This document shows positions 12,586-25,800 of a stretch of 64,000 nt of DNA, one piece after another. The position numbers and the translations under genes are program-made. How positions within the stretch are numbered: the stretch's first letter is position 1; each line of letters opens with the position of its first letter. Source of the stretch: Dudresnaya verticillata (taxonomy: Eukaryota); the NCBI GenBank assembly GCA_977862235.1, contig OZ374558.1, positions 496,001 to 560,000 of the forward strand. Direction: 5' to 3'. The notes beneath the pieces were generated by a model. It was not told the origin of the DNA and did no database searches. It was given only the letters and a program-made list of their open reading frames with translations.

Positions 12586-14949
12586 TTTTCGCGCAGCGCC
12601 GAATGTGCGTGACGGGGCGTCGGCAGGGTTACACTCGGATCGTACCCAGTAGAAGCAGAGCCGGGCATTGGAGAAAACCAAAGAAGATGCGGTTCGACGA
12701 GAAAGCTTGTTCAGTTTCCGAGAGCTGGAACGGCCTTTTCGAAGCACTCCGAGAACGGCGGTGTTGTCGATTAATAGCACGATCCTTCGCCCAAACGTGA
12801 GGGCAGAGCGGCGCACGTGAAGGACTGCGAGGAGGGCTGCATCCATCTCCAAGAGATTGATGTGCTGGGCTCGAATCTGCCAAGCGGTTGCAGCGGCTGT
12901 TTTGAATGGTGCAATCCGTCTTGGACGAGTAGCACCTCCGGGAAGTTCGGACCCGGGGGTAGGGCGCTAGTAGCGGGGGTGTGGTACAGCGTAGATAACA
13001 CGCCGAGGGCGGACTGTAAACGCCCTGGGCGGTAAGAATGGGACAAAGCCACAGAAAGGAAAGAGCAATGGAAGGAGAGAGAGAAAGGGAGAAAGAGAGA
13101 AAGACGCGTCAAGGACGTAGACGGACGCGGAATCGCGGGTGGAGCTATGGAAGGAGAGAGAGAAAGGGAGAAAGAGAGAAAGACGCGTCAAGAGCAATGG
13201 AAGGAGAGAGAGAAAGGGAGAAAGAGAGAAAGACGCGTCAAGGACGTAGACGGACGCGGAATCGCGGGTGGAGCTGCGCAGTTGCCTTCGTTGGTAACGG
13301 GGAATACGCACTAGCGAAGGGGCTTCAGGTCCGAGGCCAGCTTGCCGGGATTTGCTCAACGTCCCAGAAGGGTTACCTAATATACTGTCGCTATGACGCG
13401 GGCTGCGGCGACGCGGCGTGGCGCGCGGGAACTCGGGACGCGTGTCGCGCCCCGGTGCGTCTGACAAGTCGTCGTCGCCATGCAGCCGCGCATCCGCGAG
13501 TAAGGAATAGCTTGCAGGTGTGCGCGCGCGTAATGAACTAGCTTACAGGCGTGCGCGCGCGTTGGTAGAGGTGATCCGGATTCGGATCGCGATCCCTGCC
13601 AGCATTGCTGGCGCGTGGGCGTTCCTTACAGGCGCACGCTTTACATTGTAGCGGATCCCGATCTGATCCCGATGTCCGATCCAGATCCCATCCGGATCTG
13701 GGCCATCATTACAGGTACCCGCCTTACGCCTCCCGAATCCCGATCGGCCATCCGGATGCGTGCCGCGCGGGCGTACAGTGCGTGAGCCGCCATGCCCGGC
13801 GGCGGTTGTGGCGTCCGTACTCCGTTGAGCCGGACATCCGTGAAGTGTTCGCTCGCGCCAGCGGCGGTTGAGATGCCCGTCGGTAGACGTCTTATGGCAC
13901 GCTCTGAGCGGAAAAAGGGGCTCACCCCCCTTGCATCACATTTTGAACGAGACTCCTGCGAGCGTAGAACGGAATGTTTTCGATACTGTAAGCCGCTGCT
14001 GCCCACCGATTGCTTTGTGTATACAGTTCGCCAGAGCTGATAAGCCCTGCTCGTTCGCGAATCCGAAAGCTAGCTCTGCTGCGAAGCCGCACGCGTCGTG
14101 GTCGGGGGTACTCTGCGCCATGGTATACCACCCCTTCTTGACTCTGGTTTCTCGGATACCTTCCAAAACGTGCCGCAGCTCCTCAACACCGAGATCACCG
14201 TAAGTGACAGCACCCGCTTTCTTGCTCGCATCGGATGCATAGACGCGGGTGCACTCAGGACCGCGAAGGTCCGCGGTCATCAGCGGGAACAGATCTAGAC
14301 TCATCTCCAATTCAAGCTCCTGTCCGGCAGTTAGTGGGCGACGTCTGTTCCGTCGCTGAAGAGCGCATAGGGCGTACACCTCGCTTAGTGTAGATAGGAG
14401 ACAGCGGCGAAGCAGACACACCCATGTCCAGCGCCCCAGAAAGGTCTGTATGTCTTGAGGCTGGCGGCTCGGCGGCTCAAAACGGCCTCCGTTTCGTCGA
14501 GGAGGGCCTGAGCCAGGGCTGGCTTCACCGCAAGTATCCCTTTCCGCCACCACCACAACCCCAATGCCATGCCGGGGTGCTCCATAGATATGTGTTTGCG
14601 CTTAGCCGTAGCCTCCTGCAGACGCAGGCGTGCCAGCATGCGCTGAAGCCGTGCTGACTCCTCGTTCACAACCTAATCCCTTGTAGCGACGGTGTCAAAA
14701 TCATCCAGGTACACAATCCGCAAACCAGGGCGTGCATCTCATCTGCTTCATCCATCAACAGAAAGGATACCTGAACCTAAACCGGACCGTCGGACAAACG
14801 CGAGCGACACGGCCTGCGCGAGACTCACCGCGAAGGAATCCCCATCGGGATACACAGGAGGCAGGGTACTACGTAAGCCGAGCGAAGGTTAGTCGCGACC
14901 AGCGCCGTGGAGATGCGAGGTAACCCCAAAAAAGGGACTAGGAAGGACG
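12559..14949 (-). pseudogene. DIRS RT-RNase H (split by solo LTR 12905-13940; 5' end cut by Copia E)
   Basis: YLDD near 14700-14715. Excising the solo LTR rejoins GVSFK|TAAATAWQIRAQHINLLEMDAALLAV. Confidence 0.85.
12905..13940 (-). repeat. Solo LTR of family B with internal duplication
   Basis: Reverse complement of 33142-34044. Flanked by TTTTG(AA) at 12900 and 13941. Segment around 13062-13275 is duplicated. Confidence 0.9.
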
Positions 14950-15254
14950 TGTTAATTGGTTGGTCTGGTACAAGTTATCTTTACTTGTTTTCCTTGTGTC
15001 TTTCTGTATTTGTTCTACAAAACGTGACGCTCTGTGGTGTTTAAGTATTGCTCCACAGATCCTTAGACTACTTCGCAGCATTGCGTGGTAGAGAGGTAGT
15101 TCAGACTCTCCCAGTTGTTGCCTGGCTGTGACGAAATTACTCTCCGCCAAATATTACCGTTACCTCTCTTTCCGTTAGAGCTGTCAAGAATGTCATGGGT
15201 CAATGCACTCTCGCAGACTTGAGGATGTCTCTCCAAAATCTGTTTCATTCAAAA
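14950..15254 (-). repeat. Putative 3' LTR of Copia E (305 bp)
   Basis: Follows the minus-strand PPT AGGATGAGGGGGGG and ends ...TTAACA at the DIRS junction. No second copy in the window. Confidence 0.6.
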
Positions 15255-15299
15255 CCCCCCCTCATCCTTAATGTTGCACTTGAGAGAGACCCATGCCGT

Positions 15300-15773
15300 T
15301 CAAAAATGTTGGTGCTTCTTCACTGTCAGGTACTTGGTCATGATATCAGCTACCATATTGCCCGTGGGAACATACACTAGCTTGATTGTTCCGTTCTGAA
15401 CATTCTCCCCTGTAAATTGGTACTTCCCATCGATATGTTTCGACCGCTCGTTGCAAATATTATTACGGGCGACTACCATGGCCCCCTGGTTATCTGCACG
15501 TATGATGACTGGGTCATTGTTGGTGGTAGAATCAGTTAGTTCTGCAAACATGCGTCGAAGTCAAATAGCCTCTCGAACCGCTAATGACATTGCGATATAT
15601 TCAAACTCTACTGTAGACTGTGCCATAACATTCCGCTTCTTACTGAGACAGGATATCGCCCATTTGCGCTGATAAAAACAAAACCGCTTACAGACTTCCG
15701 TTCTAACCAGTCGACCGCGAAATCTGACTCCGTATATCCATGGAGAGGTAGTGAGTCCTTCTTGCGGTATACG
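15300..15773 (-). pseudogene. pol: Copia E RNase H segment
   Basis: GYTESDFA..RKSVSG..STVEFEY..DNQGA..SKHID..VADIMTK. Joins 20362 in frame (NLDIV|YRKKDSLPLHGY). Confidence 0.9.
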
Positions 15774-16162
15774 TGTCTAAGTTTGCGTTTCTACAAGCTT
15801 GAATCGTTTGAAAATGCTTTCTGTATTGGAATCGTCCATAGCTTGAAGAACCAATTGTGATCGTTTTAGCTAGCACGAATATCTTTTGCACGCTATTCGT
15901 TGCTAGTTTACTGTTACCATTGCATTATTGTTGTTACTAGAACGACTGTACCGTTGATAATGATACTCGTTACTTTGTCATGGCACAATGATTATTTGTG
16001 GCGGACCGTAGTTTATAATTATTGACTCCACATGCAATTCTTTGCTTTCTGCGGCATCCATCTACAACTACAACCAAAACAATTTCACACTTCAACTACT
16101 GTTCTATCAATTCCTTCTCACTATTAATCTGCATGCTGCAGACCCTTTCCCTTTAGTTATCA
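15774..16162 (+). repeat. 5' LTR of element D
   Basis: Direct repeat of 19973-20360. Confidence 0.95.
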
Positions 16163-16169
16163 AGTTATG

Positions 16170-19100
16170 GGCCCAGATCTGCCATCTCGCCCCAAGTTCT
16201 CTTGGTCCCTCAAGGATGCTCCTTGGACGGACGGTTGCAGTCCACGAGAAGAGTTCGGAGTGCTGTACGGCTGTTGAAATCGTTCCATGACAAGCTACCG
16301 GAATCGAACAGCAATAAGATTGCTCCAGGACTTCAAGGGATTGTGCTGCAAGCTCAACTATTTGGGCGTGCTCAAGACATTGTGAAGAAGATACCAGAAG
16401 ACACACTGCTGTCGGATGATGGCGCGAATGAAATCGCACGTGCTCTTCACAAAGACAACCCTCTTGCAGTGGTCAATGATGTATTACAGAAATTTATTTC
16501 TGTGCTTGGGACTACGAGAGGTGATTCTGAAGGCTTAAAGAACTTCGAGACTCGGTTTGATGCCAAGCTGAGCAGATTCAATGCTGCAGCTGGTGATGCA
16601 AAACTGCCTGAATCTATTACCTCCTTTCTGTTGCTTGCAAATGCAAACGTGTAATCTCACCAGCGCGTATCTATTCTAGCTGCCGCTGCCCCGAGACCTT
16701 CTGATTTCAGAGACCCAGCCAAGAAAAGATCCATGGAATGTTAGATGAGATCAAGTATGAAGAAGTCTTCAATTTGCGGGCATATGACAAGCCTGCTGAG
16801 CTCTCTGTGCGACAACCTGCACCATTGTCGGATAATAGTGCTACCAATCGCCCATTCAGAACTCGCCAGGTCAAGCGCAAGGCATTCAAAGATTTGACAG
16901 CTGAAGAACTTGCTGCTTTCAAGAACAACTCCAGATGCTGTGAGTGCAAAGAAAAAGGCCATTGGGCTGGTGATGCTGTATGTTCCATGTCGCAGAAAGG
17001 GGTGAATGGGAACAATGGAAGTGATAAAAAGGGTAAGACGAACACCTTGAAATTCAAAAATGTCAATATTCATAGTGCTACTGCCTCTCCGCTTCGTGCT
17101 CCAGGCCCATTAATCTACGATGGTGCACCCTACTCTGGAATTAGGCTTGTTGAACTAAGGAATATTGCTCCCTACATTCTAAATTCGTGGGATGAATGCC
17201 TCGAACCGATTCCTGAATCTATTTCCGATAGGCCTTATTGGCAGTATGGTCAAGTCTCTCATGCGAGTAGCACTAGAAGATTTATTGGCTCCGTTCTTCT
17301 GCGTTTGTTAAGTGAATCTGGTTCTCTCTTAGAGGTACGACATGTTGTTATTGAAGGGTCTTCACAATGGATTGTGGGCAAAAATGTGACCAACCACTGC
17401 AACATTCAACATATCGACGGCCATTTGCTCCAATTGCCTACTGAGTTAAGCAACGGACAATATGACAATGTGTCACTATTGAAGCATGACTTCCTGGACT
17501 ATTTTACGTTTTCAAGGTTTACGGCGGGAAAGGATATTGTTGTTTGCTCCAGTTTGCGTGCTGCTACTGAAGCATCAGAAAATTCGAACTCACTGTCATG
17601 GAGGCAGTTGAAGTCCATTATTGATAAAGTCCAAAAACATGTATGTGGACATTTGAACTACTTCGATATCAAGACACTGCTTCAGAGAAACAACCTTTGG
17701 ACAGATGAGTGTGCATCCTACTTATCCAAGACACTTGAGTACTGCAGAAGTTGCCACGAGACGGATCTCCCAGTTAAGTCCCGTACTGTTTCCCTGAATA
17801 CTTTCTCTAGGGGCTTTAACCAGCTCGTATATTGATCATTGTTTTCCTGAGCAGGAATCAGTTTTCCACATTATGGATTCTGTATCAAGGTACTCTGCTG
17901 GGGATTGCGTGGAAACTAAGGGAATGGCCAACGCTATTAATGTGTTTGAATCCAATTGGATATCACATTTCTGGAATCCAGCTGCTGTACAGTGAGACCC
18001 TGCTTTCAATGTGGCTGAGTTCAAAAACCATTTGGATTCTATTGAAACTATGTTTCGTCCAGCTCCCCCACGCTGTCCAAGCAAAAATGCATTGGAATCC
18101 AAGCACATAGTTATCAAGTCGATATTTATGCGATTGCGTCACGCCAACCCAAATGCCAATGCACTACTACTCGTGATTCAGGCAATGAGGATATCAAATG
18201 ACCTCTATGGTAATGATGTAGCTTCCGCATATGAGCTAGCGAAAGGTTTTACCCGTCCTATCATTCCCACTGACTCTCCAACTACTATACCAGATGAGAT
18301 AATCAAAGCACACGATGATATATTTGCACGCCGCAAGCTTACGGCAATATTGCGCTCTAAGTCTTCACAAGATGCAGCAATTGATGTTGACACTCTAGTT
18401 GAACTTTATATCAAGCAACCCAATGAGAAAAGAGGCAAATGGACTCTACCAAGACCTGTTCTTTCCTTTTACAAAAGTAAAAGTAAAAGTCGTGTCGTTC
18501 AAGCAGCAGTCGAGGATGTTCGGTTCGCATTGCCCAGTCAGGCTGATTTTCCCACATGGTTCAAGCCGCTATCGATCAATGTAATTCAGCAGTATATTCT
18601 GCTATTGATAGCGTTTTAGAAGATGGAAATGATGATGATGGAAACGATGATGATGGAAATTATATTGGAAATGATGATGATGTAGAAGACAATGGATGGA
18701 CTGGTGTTACTGCTGTAACAAATAATGGTGATGTAGATGCTGATGACGAAACTAAACACAGTGTTGTCTGAAGGTGTTAGCGTCTGTCCTGGTTGCAGAA
18801 CAATATCAGCTGCACTAGCATTTCAAGCTTGTGAACGTGTAACCATTTGGTGCCCATCGTCATTAACGTCACCAAGAGCATTTAGTTCACGTGTACCAAC
18901 AGGACCTGGAGGTGTATGGTGCGTAAGTGAATCTGCACCAAACTGTACACTGGGGGACGCTGAGTCAGGGCTACGGTGCACACCTTCACCTGTATCCATT
19001 AAGGCTTCGTTCATAGATGCATTATCGAAACGATATAAGTTCGAAACAATCGTTCATTTACCAGGAGAGTTCGTATTCTTTGGGCCAACTATAACTCAAG

Positions 19101-19960
19101 ATGAAGACGGAGTTATTCATATATCAGCTGAAGACAAAGTTGAAGCTCTCACTCCGTACAGGTTAACAAGAACGAGACGAAAGCAGGTTGATGATTCATT
19201 GAACGCAATGGAGGATTTCTCCTTCTCATCTATGAATGGGTTCTTTGGATTCTTGGGTCAAAATGTCTCTCCCTTTGCATCTCTATACACACGTTTTATG
19301 CAACATCGATGGTCGTCCACAACTGTACATGATTTGCAGCGACAGGCAGGTTTAGTAAGAAAACTTCAGAGAATCGGGTCCACTACAAAGTTCAGAACTC
19401 CAGAAAAAGGGTCATATGGTGTAAGTGTCTTTATGTTTTCTGATGCTTCCAGACCTAACGAGTTTGTTAAACTTGGATATGTTGCTGGCCTTTGCATTGG
19501 ACCATTGCAAAAAGGGTCTGTGTTTCATGTACTTAGCTGACAGTCCCACTTATCAAGACGTCCAGCTAAATCAAGTGCTTCTGCAGAAGTTATGGCTGCA
19601 GGGGAGGCACTTGATGCTGGAAAAGTCATAGCAGCTACATAAACATTGATTCTGGGAAGTTCAGTCCATTTGGGACGAGCAGTTGATTCTGAGGATTTTT
19701 GTCATCAATGTCGACCTGCATCGTGCCTGATGATAAGTCAATTGCAGCTGATGTTGCACTATTAAGGTACAACTTCGAAACAATACGCTCAATCCGGTGA
19801 CATGGATTCCAGGGACTCTTAACTTCGCAGACCCTGTAACTAAGATTGATTCTGCTTTATCAGACAGTTTACAACTACTCATTTTGATGGCAAGCTACCC
19901 TGTGATCATGCGATGCACGAGTCCCGTGATTCTGATGCTTTTCTGGAATAAGTTCATTCG
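16170..19960 (+). pseudogene. Gag-pol of element D (fragmented, RT core missing)
   Basis: Zn knuckle CCECKEKGHWAGDAVC; PR-like LIYDGAPYS; IN Zn finger HVCGH...CRSC; RH FSDAS and WIPGTLNFADPVTK. No YxDD seen. Confidence 0.8.
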
Positions 19961-19972
19961 AATGAGGAGGAA

Positions 19973-20360
19973 TGTGTACGTTTGAGTTTCTAAAAGCTTG
20001 AACCGTTTGGAAATGATTTCTGTATTGGAATCGTCCATAGCTTGAAGAACCAATTGTGATCGTTTTAGCTAGCACGAATATCTTTTGCACGCTATTCGTT
20101 TCTAGTTACTGTTACCATTGCATTATTGTTGTTACTAGAATGACTGTACCGTTGATGATGATACTCGTTACTTTGTCATGGCACAATGATTATTTGTGGC
20201 GGACCGTAGTTTATAATTATTGACTCGACAAGCAATTCTTTGCTTTCTGAGGCATCCATCTACAACTACAACCAAAACAATTTCACACTTCAACTACTGT
20301 TCTATCAATTCCTTCTCACTATTAATCTGCATGTTGCGGACCCCGTCCCTTTAACTATCA
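19973..20360 (+). repeat. 3' LTR of element D
   Basis: Direct repeat of 15774-16162, preceded by the PPT. Confidence 0.95.
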
Positions 20361-20361
20361 A

Positions 20362-20712
20362 ATACGATGTCAAGGTTACGAGCTGCCTTGAGATATCGCA
20401 AGGTATACTTGCAAGCCTTCCAATGAATTTCAAGTGGGTCCTGCATATACTTTGAAAGCATTAAAGTCGCGAAGGCAATGTCGGGACGAGTTGTGTTGGC
20501 GAGGTGCAGTAATTCACCAACTAGTTCCTTGTTAGGTATATAATGCATGCGGTGGTGCTCCCCCTCGTCGCGAAGACCATCTTTGGCTACGTTAAGCATG
20601 AGGCCAGGAGGAATCGAGACATTGTAGCCGTGGCAGTTTGTCATACCAAATTTGCCGAGTATGTGATCAATCATGTACCCACTGTATATCTTCAGCGTAC
20701 CAAGCTGCTTGT
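20362..20712 (-). pseudogene. pol: Copia E RT C-terminal segment
   Basis: ELVGELLHLANTTRPDIAFA...HWKACKYTLRYLK. Joins 28982 in frame (VIER|NKQLGTLKI). Confidence 0.9.
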
Positions 20713-21338
20713 TCTCCTCATAGAAATGATTAGTCAGTGTACGAGGCCCGTGGAGGGCTTAGTACACTTGAAACATTTGTAGAAATAAACATCCGGCCGC
20801 CATTAACATCCTTTGCCGCCAAACCTATTTCTACGCACGCCTAAAAATATTACTAGATCATCCTTTTACACCGAATAGAAACATTCAGCAGCAGCAGCAT
20901 CAGCAGCATCAGCAGCAGAAGCAGCGGCAGCAAAGCTGAAACCCCATTGGCTGACCGCCAAGCCGCGCCACCCGATTGGTTGTATTTTGCCGCGGTACCG
21001 CCTCGCGCCAAATCAGCGCGCGCATGCGACCTGTCATTGGTACGTCGGATTTTCTGACAGTAAATTTACAGAGGCGCCGCGCTACAGCGATACGATCTTA
21101 CAGTCCCGTCGTGCGCCTCCATTCTTAATTTATGTGATTAGAACCGCACCTGTCTCACGGCTTGGAAACAAATATCATTACAAAGAAATTGTAAGACACC
21201 TGTCCTTACCAACTGACCGAAACCTACCCCAGTATCCCGCAGAATCCCATCCTGCCACAGAGGATACAGGAGTCAGCCGCGCCTTCGATGCGGCTGCGCG
21301 GCGCATAGCGGCCCGCAGCGCCGCGTCGTTGCCCTTGT
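20713..21338 (+). mobile_element. Non-autonomous Helitron unit 0 (626 bp, diverged)
   Basis: Starts TCTCCTCATAG at the host junction, has a degenerate 5' module with a CAG tract, and ends in a GC hairpin + CTTGT. Confidence 0.7.
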
Positions 21339-21518
21339 TTACCTTATAGTAAGAATTTGTAGGGGTATGACCGCCCAAAGGGTAGTATTAGCCCGGACAG
21401 GTCTCGAATAAACAAAATTGTGTATCGATGCGCCAATGCTGCCACTTCGCGCTACAATACTTTCTACGCATCCGAAATTATATCTAAATTACACGGCCGC
21501 AGCGCCAATGAAAAAAAT

Positions 21519-21557
<39 letters not shown>

Positions 21558-22519
21558 AGCTCAACTATGATTGGCTGCGCGCATGCGTGCTGACAGCTGC
21601 TTGCAGAGCAGAGCAGGGCATACAGTACGTGGCGCACGAGCTCTGTTATTGGCTGTGCGCTTGGCATTGGCTGTGCGCTTGGCGATTTGGCATTGGCTGT
21701 GCGCTTGGCGATTTGGAAGGCGCGTGTGATAGTGTGATATTATAGATATGTGTGGCATACAGTACGTAATGGCATGCAGTACGTAATTTTTTGTGGCGCA
21801 CGATCTCCGACGCAGTGGCCCAGTGGGCGCTTCGCAGGCAGAGGTACACGGAGTGGTGCTGTTGCACCTGCTGTTTCTGCGCTGCCGCGCACATATAAAC
21901 AGTGCCACCCTGCGTTGATCAGTACCTCGCCCCCCCCCACCGCGAAGCGAAGCGTGCGACGTCAGGCTGCTGAGGACGGCGCGGGACCGCTCTCAGGACT
22001 AACTTCGAGTGAAACGTGAAGTCCCCGTCGTGAGGCAGCCTGGCACAACAGTACGCGAGTGAACAGGCAGTGGGAGTTGAGCAATTCGGTGATTTGGAGG
22101 CCTTGTGCAGCCAGCGCTACCGCGAGCGTCCACCTGCTGGCCAGCCCGCATCTAGGGTGGAGTCACAACGGGGTGGGCGTTTGTCGGTAGCCGCGTCCGT
22201 GTCTCGCAGGGGGTTAGGCTTGGTGAGCGGTGTGGCCGAACACCTAACCAAGCTATTTGTCCCCGCTCCCCTAGCAGAATTCCTGAAGTTGCAAGCTTGC
22301 TTGCAGCTCACGAGTTGCTGGCTGCTACCGGTGCGAACAACAAAGACGTGTAACTGTCAAACCTCGGCTTGCGTCTTAGCCGCTTAAGTTGTCTGCGCGC
22401 ACGTGCGGGCGAGAGCGAAGCGAGAAGGCAGAAGGTCAACGTCAAGTGGGAACGGAAATGGTACGCGGAGGTCCGCGACCTAACTCGGGTGGGCCGCGGG
22501 AAAATTCTGGCGGGGCACG

Positions 22520-22625
22520 GGCGAATTCAGGTGGTGCCAGGCGTAATTCAGGTGGTGCGAGGTCGAATGCAGGTGGTGCGAGGTCGAATGCAGGTGGTGC
22601 GAGGTCGAATGCAGGTGGTCAACGC
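22520..22625 (+). repeat. 21-bp tandem repeat (GCGAGGTCGAATGCAGGTGGT-like), about 5 copies
   Basis: Visible directly; translates as GGARSNA repeats upstream of RepHel. Confidence 0.85.
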
Positions 22626-22885
22626 GATAACGCCGGAGGAGCGCGTGCGAATTCGGGGGGGCTCGTCAGAATGCGGGCGGTGCGCGTTCGAATGCGGGCG
22701 GTGCGCGTCCAAATGCGGGCGGAGCAAGGGAAAACGCGGGAGGCGCTCGAATTAATGCTGGAGGAAGTCGAGCGAACTCTGGAGGGGCTGGCAGCAACGC
22801 GGGTGGTGCACGTGCGAATTCCGGAGGTGCACGGGTAAACGCTGGAGGATCTCGTGCGGGCAGTGGGAGGCCACGACGGACTCAG

Positions 22886-25800
22886 ATGCCTGAACCGGAT
22901 CAAGGAACGCTCTTAGAGGAAGGCGATTATGTCACAAATGGTCCGGTGACCGACGTGTATGAGAACAACATTGAAGAGCCGGTTTCGGGGACAATAGATG
23001 CTACTCGTATGTCTGAAGTAGGAAAGGTTGGAAGCGGACTTTTTTCTGTCTACTATGCCTTTGATCAACCTTTAGAGGATGCTAAGGCATCCGGAAGCAT
23101 TCCTGAGGAGTTCAATACTTCTCGAGACACGAGGCGAAGATGTTCCAACTGTGGAGACCGAAGCCATACTGCCCGACGCTGTTCTCTAGAAGGATGGATG
23201 CTCTTTATAAGCACCTGCAAGTACTGCGGGTGTTTGGTCCTTGGAAAGGAAGTTGATGGTGTTTGTTGCGGAAAGAAGAGTCCTTCTGGATGGGGCGTAA
23301 CGTTCCGAAGGAGACAGCAGTCCAATCAGCTGGCAGATGTATACAAGCTCCGAGCTTTCCGTACTATGTCCGTACAGCTTAACTATCTCTTCGCTACCTG
23401 TCTATCCTTCATGGACCTCAAGTTCATGCCTGCCGGTGGGCCTTCCTTCATGAAGTTGTACGGTAACGCAGCTATAGCTGTACCAAAGCGTGATGCAAGA
23501 TACACCTTTCTGTGGTCGGACGAGGTACCAAGTTTGAGGGAACGCGATCAGCGATCAAGGCTGATGCGGGATGCTGTCAGTAACAAAAATGTTCGCCGAC
23601 TCGTCCCTATTCTGTATGATTGTCTGAAACCTCCACCGCGTCTACTAAGGGAGACTTACCGCTCCTTGGTTTCTCAGTCTTCGCGTGCTGCTGCCGGAAG
23701 CTCTTCAAATGACCCTGCGATCAATGGTCATGCAGTAGAAGTGAATGAACAAGTTGCAAATGACGGTGTAGTAGTACAAAACTACCGTGGGAGACAGGTT
23801 GGGGACGTAGAAGGCGTAGGAGGAGTGGGACCGCTTCCACAAGATCAAACTGGAGTACCAAGGCATCTACACAGCTACACTGTAGATCCTTCTGGGCTGT
23901 ATCGGAGCGAGCAGCCAATGGTGCATATAGTCGGAAACACTGATGTGCATCGAGACACTACCACAGGTCGCGCACCGGACAGTGAAAGACGTGTTGTTAA
24001 GTACCGTACGTTGAATGCAGCATCGAAGTTAGCAGAGGTGGGGGCGTTTCCGCTTCTATACCCGTGTGGTGATGAGCATTTCCCGTTCGATCTAGCACTG
24101 TTCTTACAAGCACGAGGGGATACCTCTGATACTGACTCTGAAGCCGAGGCAAACCAGAAGAAGGTGCGTAAGCTGACGTGGGCAACCCACGTCAAGCGGC
24201 GACTATACTCAGACAATATCCTCCAGGACAGCGGGACACTTTTCCAAGTCTGGCTACTTCGAACCGTTACGAACATTGAGGATCAGCGTCTTAGATTCCT
24301 TGAACGTGAGCAAACAGCAAGAATCTTCGAGGAGAGAGAACTGCAAGACGTTGTGATGGATTATGATGAGACATACCGTGCTGGCCGGCTCTTCCTTCCT
24401 GATAACCACATCAACTCTCCTTCATACTGGCGGGGGAAGTTACTAGACGTGCAGGCAATCGTTGCACGAAGGCACATCCCTTCTCTTCTCGTGACTGTTA
24501 TGATGAACCCATGGAGGGAAGAGATGGGCCGGCTAGGCCTTGACATTCAACACCGCAGTACCTTCCAGCCTCATGGAAGCAAGCTCCGCGTCTTCGACCG
24601 CCCAGATCTCACTGCAAGAGTTTACAATCAATTGGCAAACGATGTCATGAGGGAGATACAAGAGAACTCACAAGAGTACTTCGGTCGACGTTGTATCGGT
24701 ATTGCTTCAAAGCTGGAGTTCCAAGAAAGGAACACGCCGCACAATCACATGTTGGTATTCTTGGAGGGAGGACTACTGCAGGATTTGGATGAAGTTGACG
24801 CCATGATCAGTGCAGAATTGCCGACTGAGGAAGATGATCCGGAACTCCGAGCTTTAGTCAAGAAGTTGAACATGCATCGGCACTCCCCGTACTGTAGGGG
24901 CCGTACGCGGGACAGAAGATGCCGCTTCGGGTACGATCAAAATGTCGTGACTCCCTCCACATACATTGATGAGACATGAAATCGCGTTGTGTATCGGCGG
25001 AGGAAAGCGGAAGATCTCCGAGTTGTACCTTACAATGCTAAGTTAACACGAAGGTACCGTTGTCACATCAACGTAGAACGCACACAAGGCGGCGGAGCGG
25101 TCGCATACCTCATGAAGTATACATTCAAGCCACCCAAGTTGCACGACGTAAGCATAAGAACCGGAGCAGAAGAGGGCAGGGACGGGACACAGAGAAACCC
25201 CGCAAGGGACAATATCCACAATGAAATTCGACTCCACATGCGCGCGAGAGTGAGGCGTACAGTAGAGGCGGCCTGGTCCCTACTTGAGTTCAGGCACGTC
25301 AAGATGAAGCCTACTGTTTCTGCATATCAGATACACTTAGAAGGAGAACGAAACATTGTCATCCGTAACCCGAATCTTCCTCGTCAATTGTCAGACTCAC
25401 CGTTACTGCGCTACTTCAAGCATCCGACACAGTACAGGTCCAAAACCTTTCTCGACTACATGGAAGAGTTTAAGTTCTATAAGACACTTCCACGAAGCCT
25501 TCAGTCCCGGAGTGGTGACATTCCACGCGACAATGGGCGTCCCAGTCAATATGTGGTAAGGAGAGAGTCCGATGAAGACACTGTAGCACGCATCCGCTTC
25601 GTTTCACCAGCCAATGTCGAGCTTTTTGCACTCCGAGTGATCATCATGCACCGGGCTCTCTCCTCCTTCGCAGATGGAAAAGAATTCGAAGGGACTCGAT
25701 ACGAATCGTTCCGCGATGCAGCAGTGGCTATGGGTCTCTATGCCGATGGAAATGAGTATGACCGGTCCTTCGATGAAGCAGTGCGAATGGATTCAACTCC

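Larger units (their letters stand above)
11338..14949 (-). mobile_element. DIRS-type (tyrosine-recombinase) retrotransposon remnant, interrupted by two solo LTRs
   Basis: RT (CIPMG, VYLDD), DIRS-type RNase H (ASDAS, HINLLEMDA, IDNTAV, WVRSECNPADAPSR), then a YR-like N-terminus. Confidence 0.85.
15774..20360 (+). mobile_element. Copia (GalEa-like) LTR retrotransposon 'D', internally deleted
   Basis: LTRs 15774-16162 and 19973-20360 (TG...CA). PBS AGTTATGGGCCCAG, PPT GAATGAGGAGGAA. TSD ATACG at 15769-15773 and 20362-20366 (one extra A). Clade call is inferred from motifs. Confidence 0.9.

Noticed and set aside
21518..21556. CAG tracts (also near 20885, 28307 and 28738) as polyQ genes
   Set aside because: They are part of the non-coding Helitron 5' module and have no credible surrounding ORF.
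22070..22838. Cys-rich and GGARSNA ORFs as a captured gene
   Set aside because: They are short and repeat-driven. They may be a decayed RepHel N-terminal extension, but I cannot support a call.
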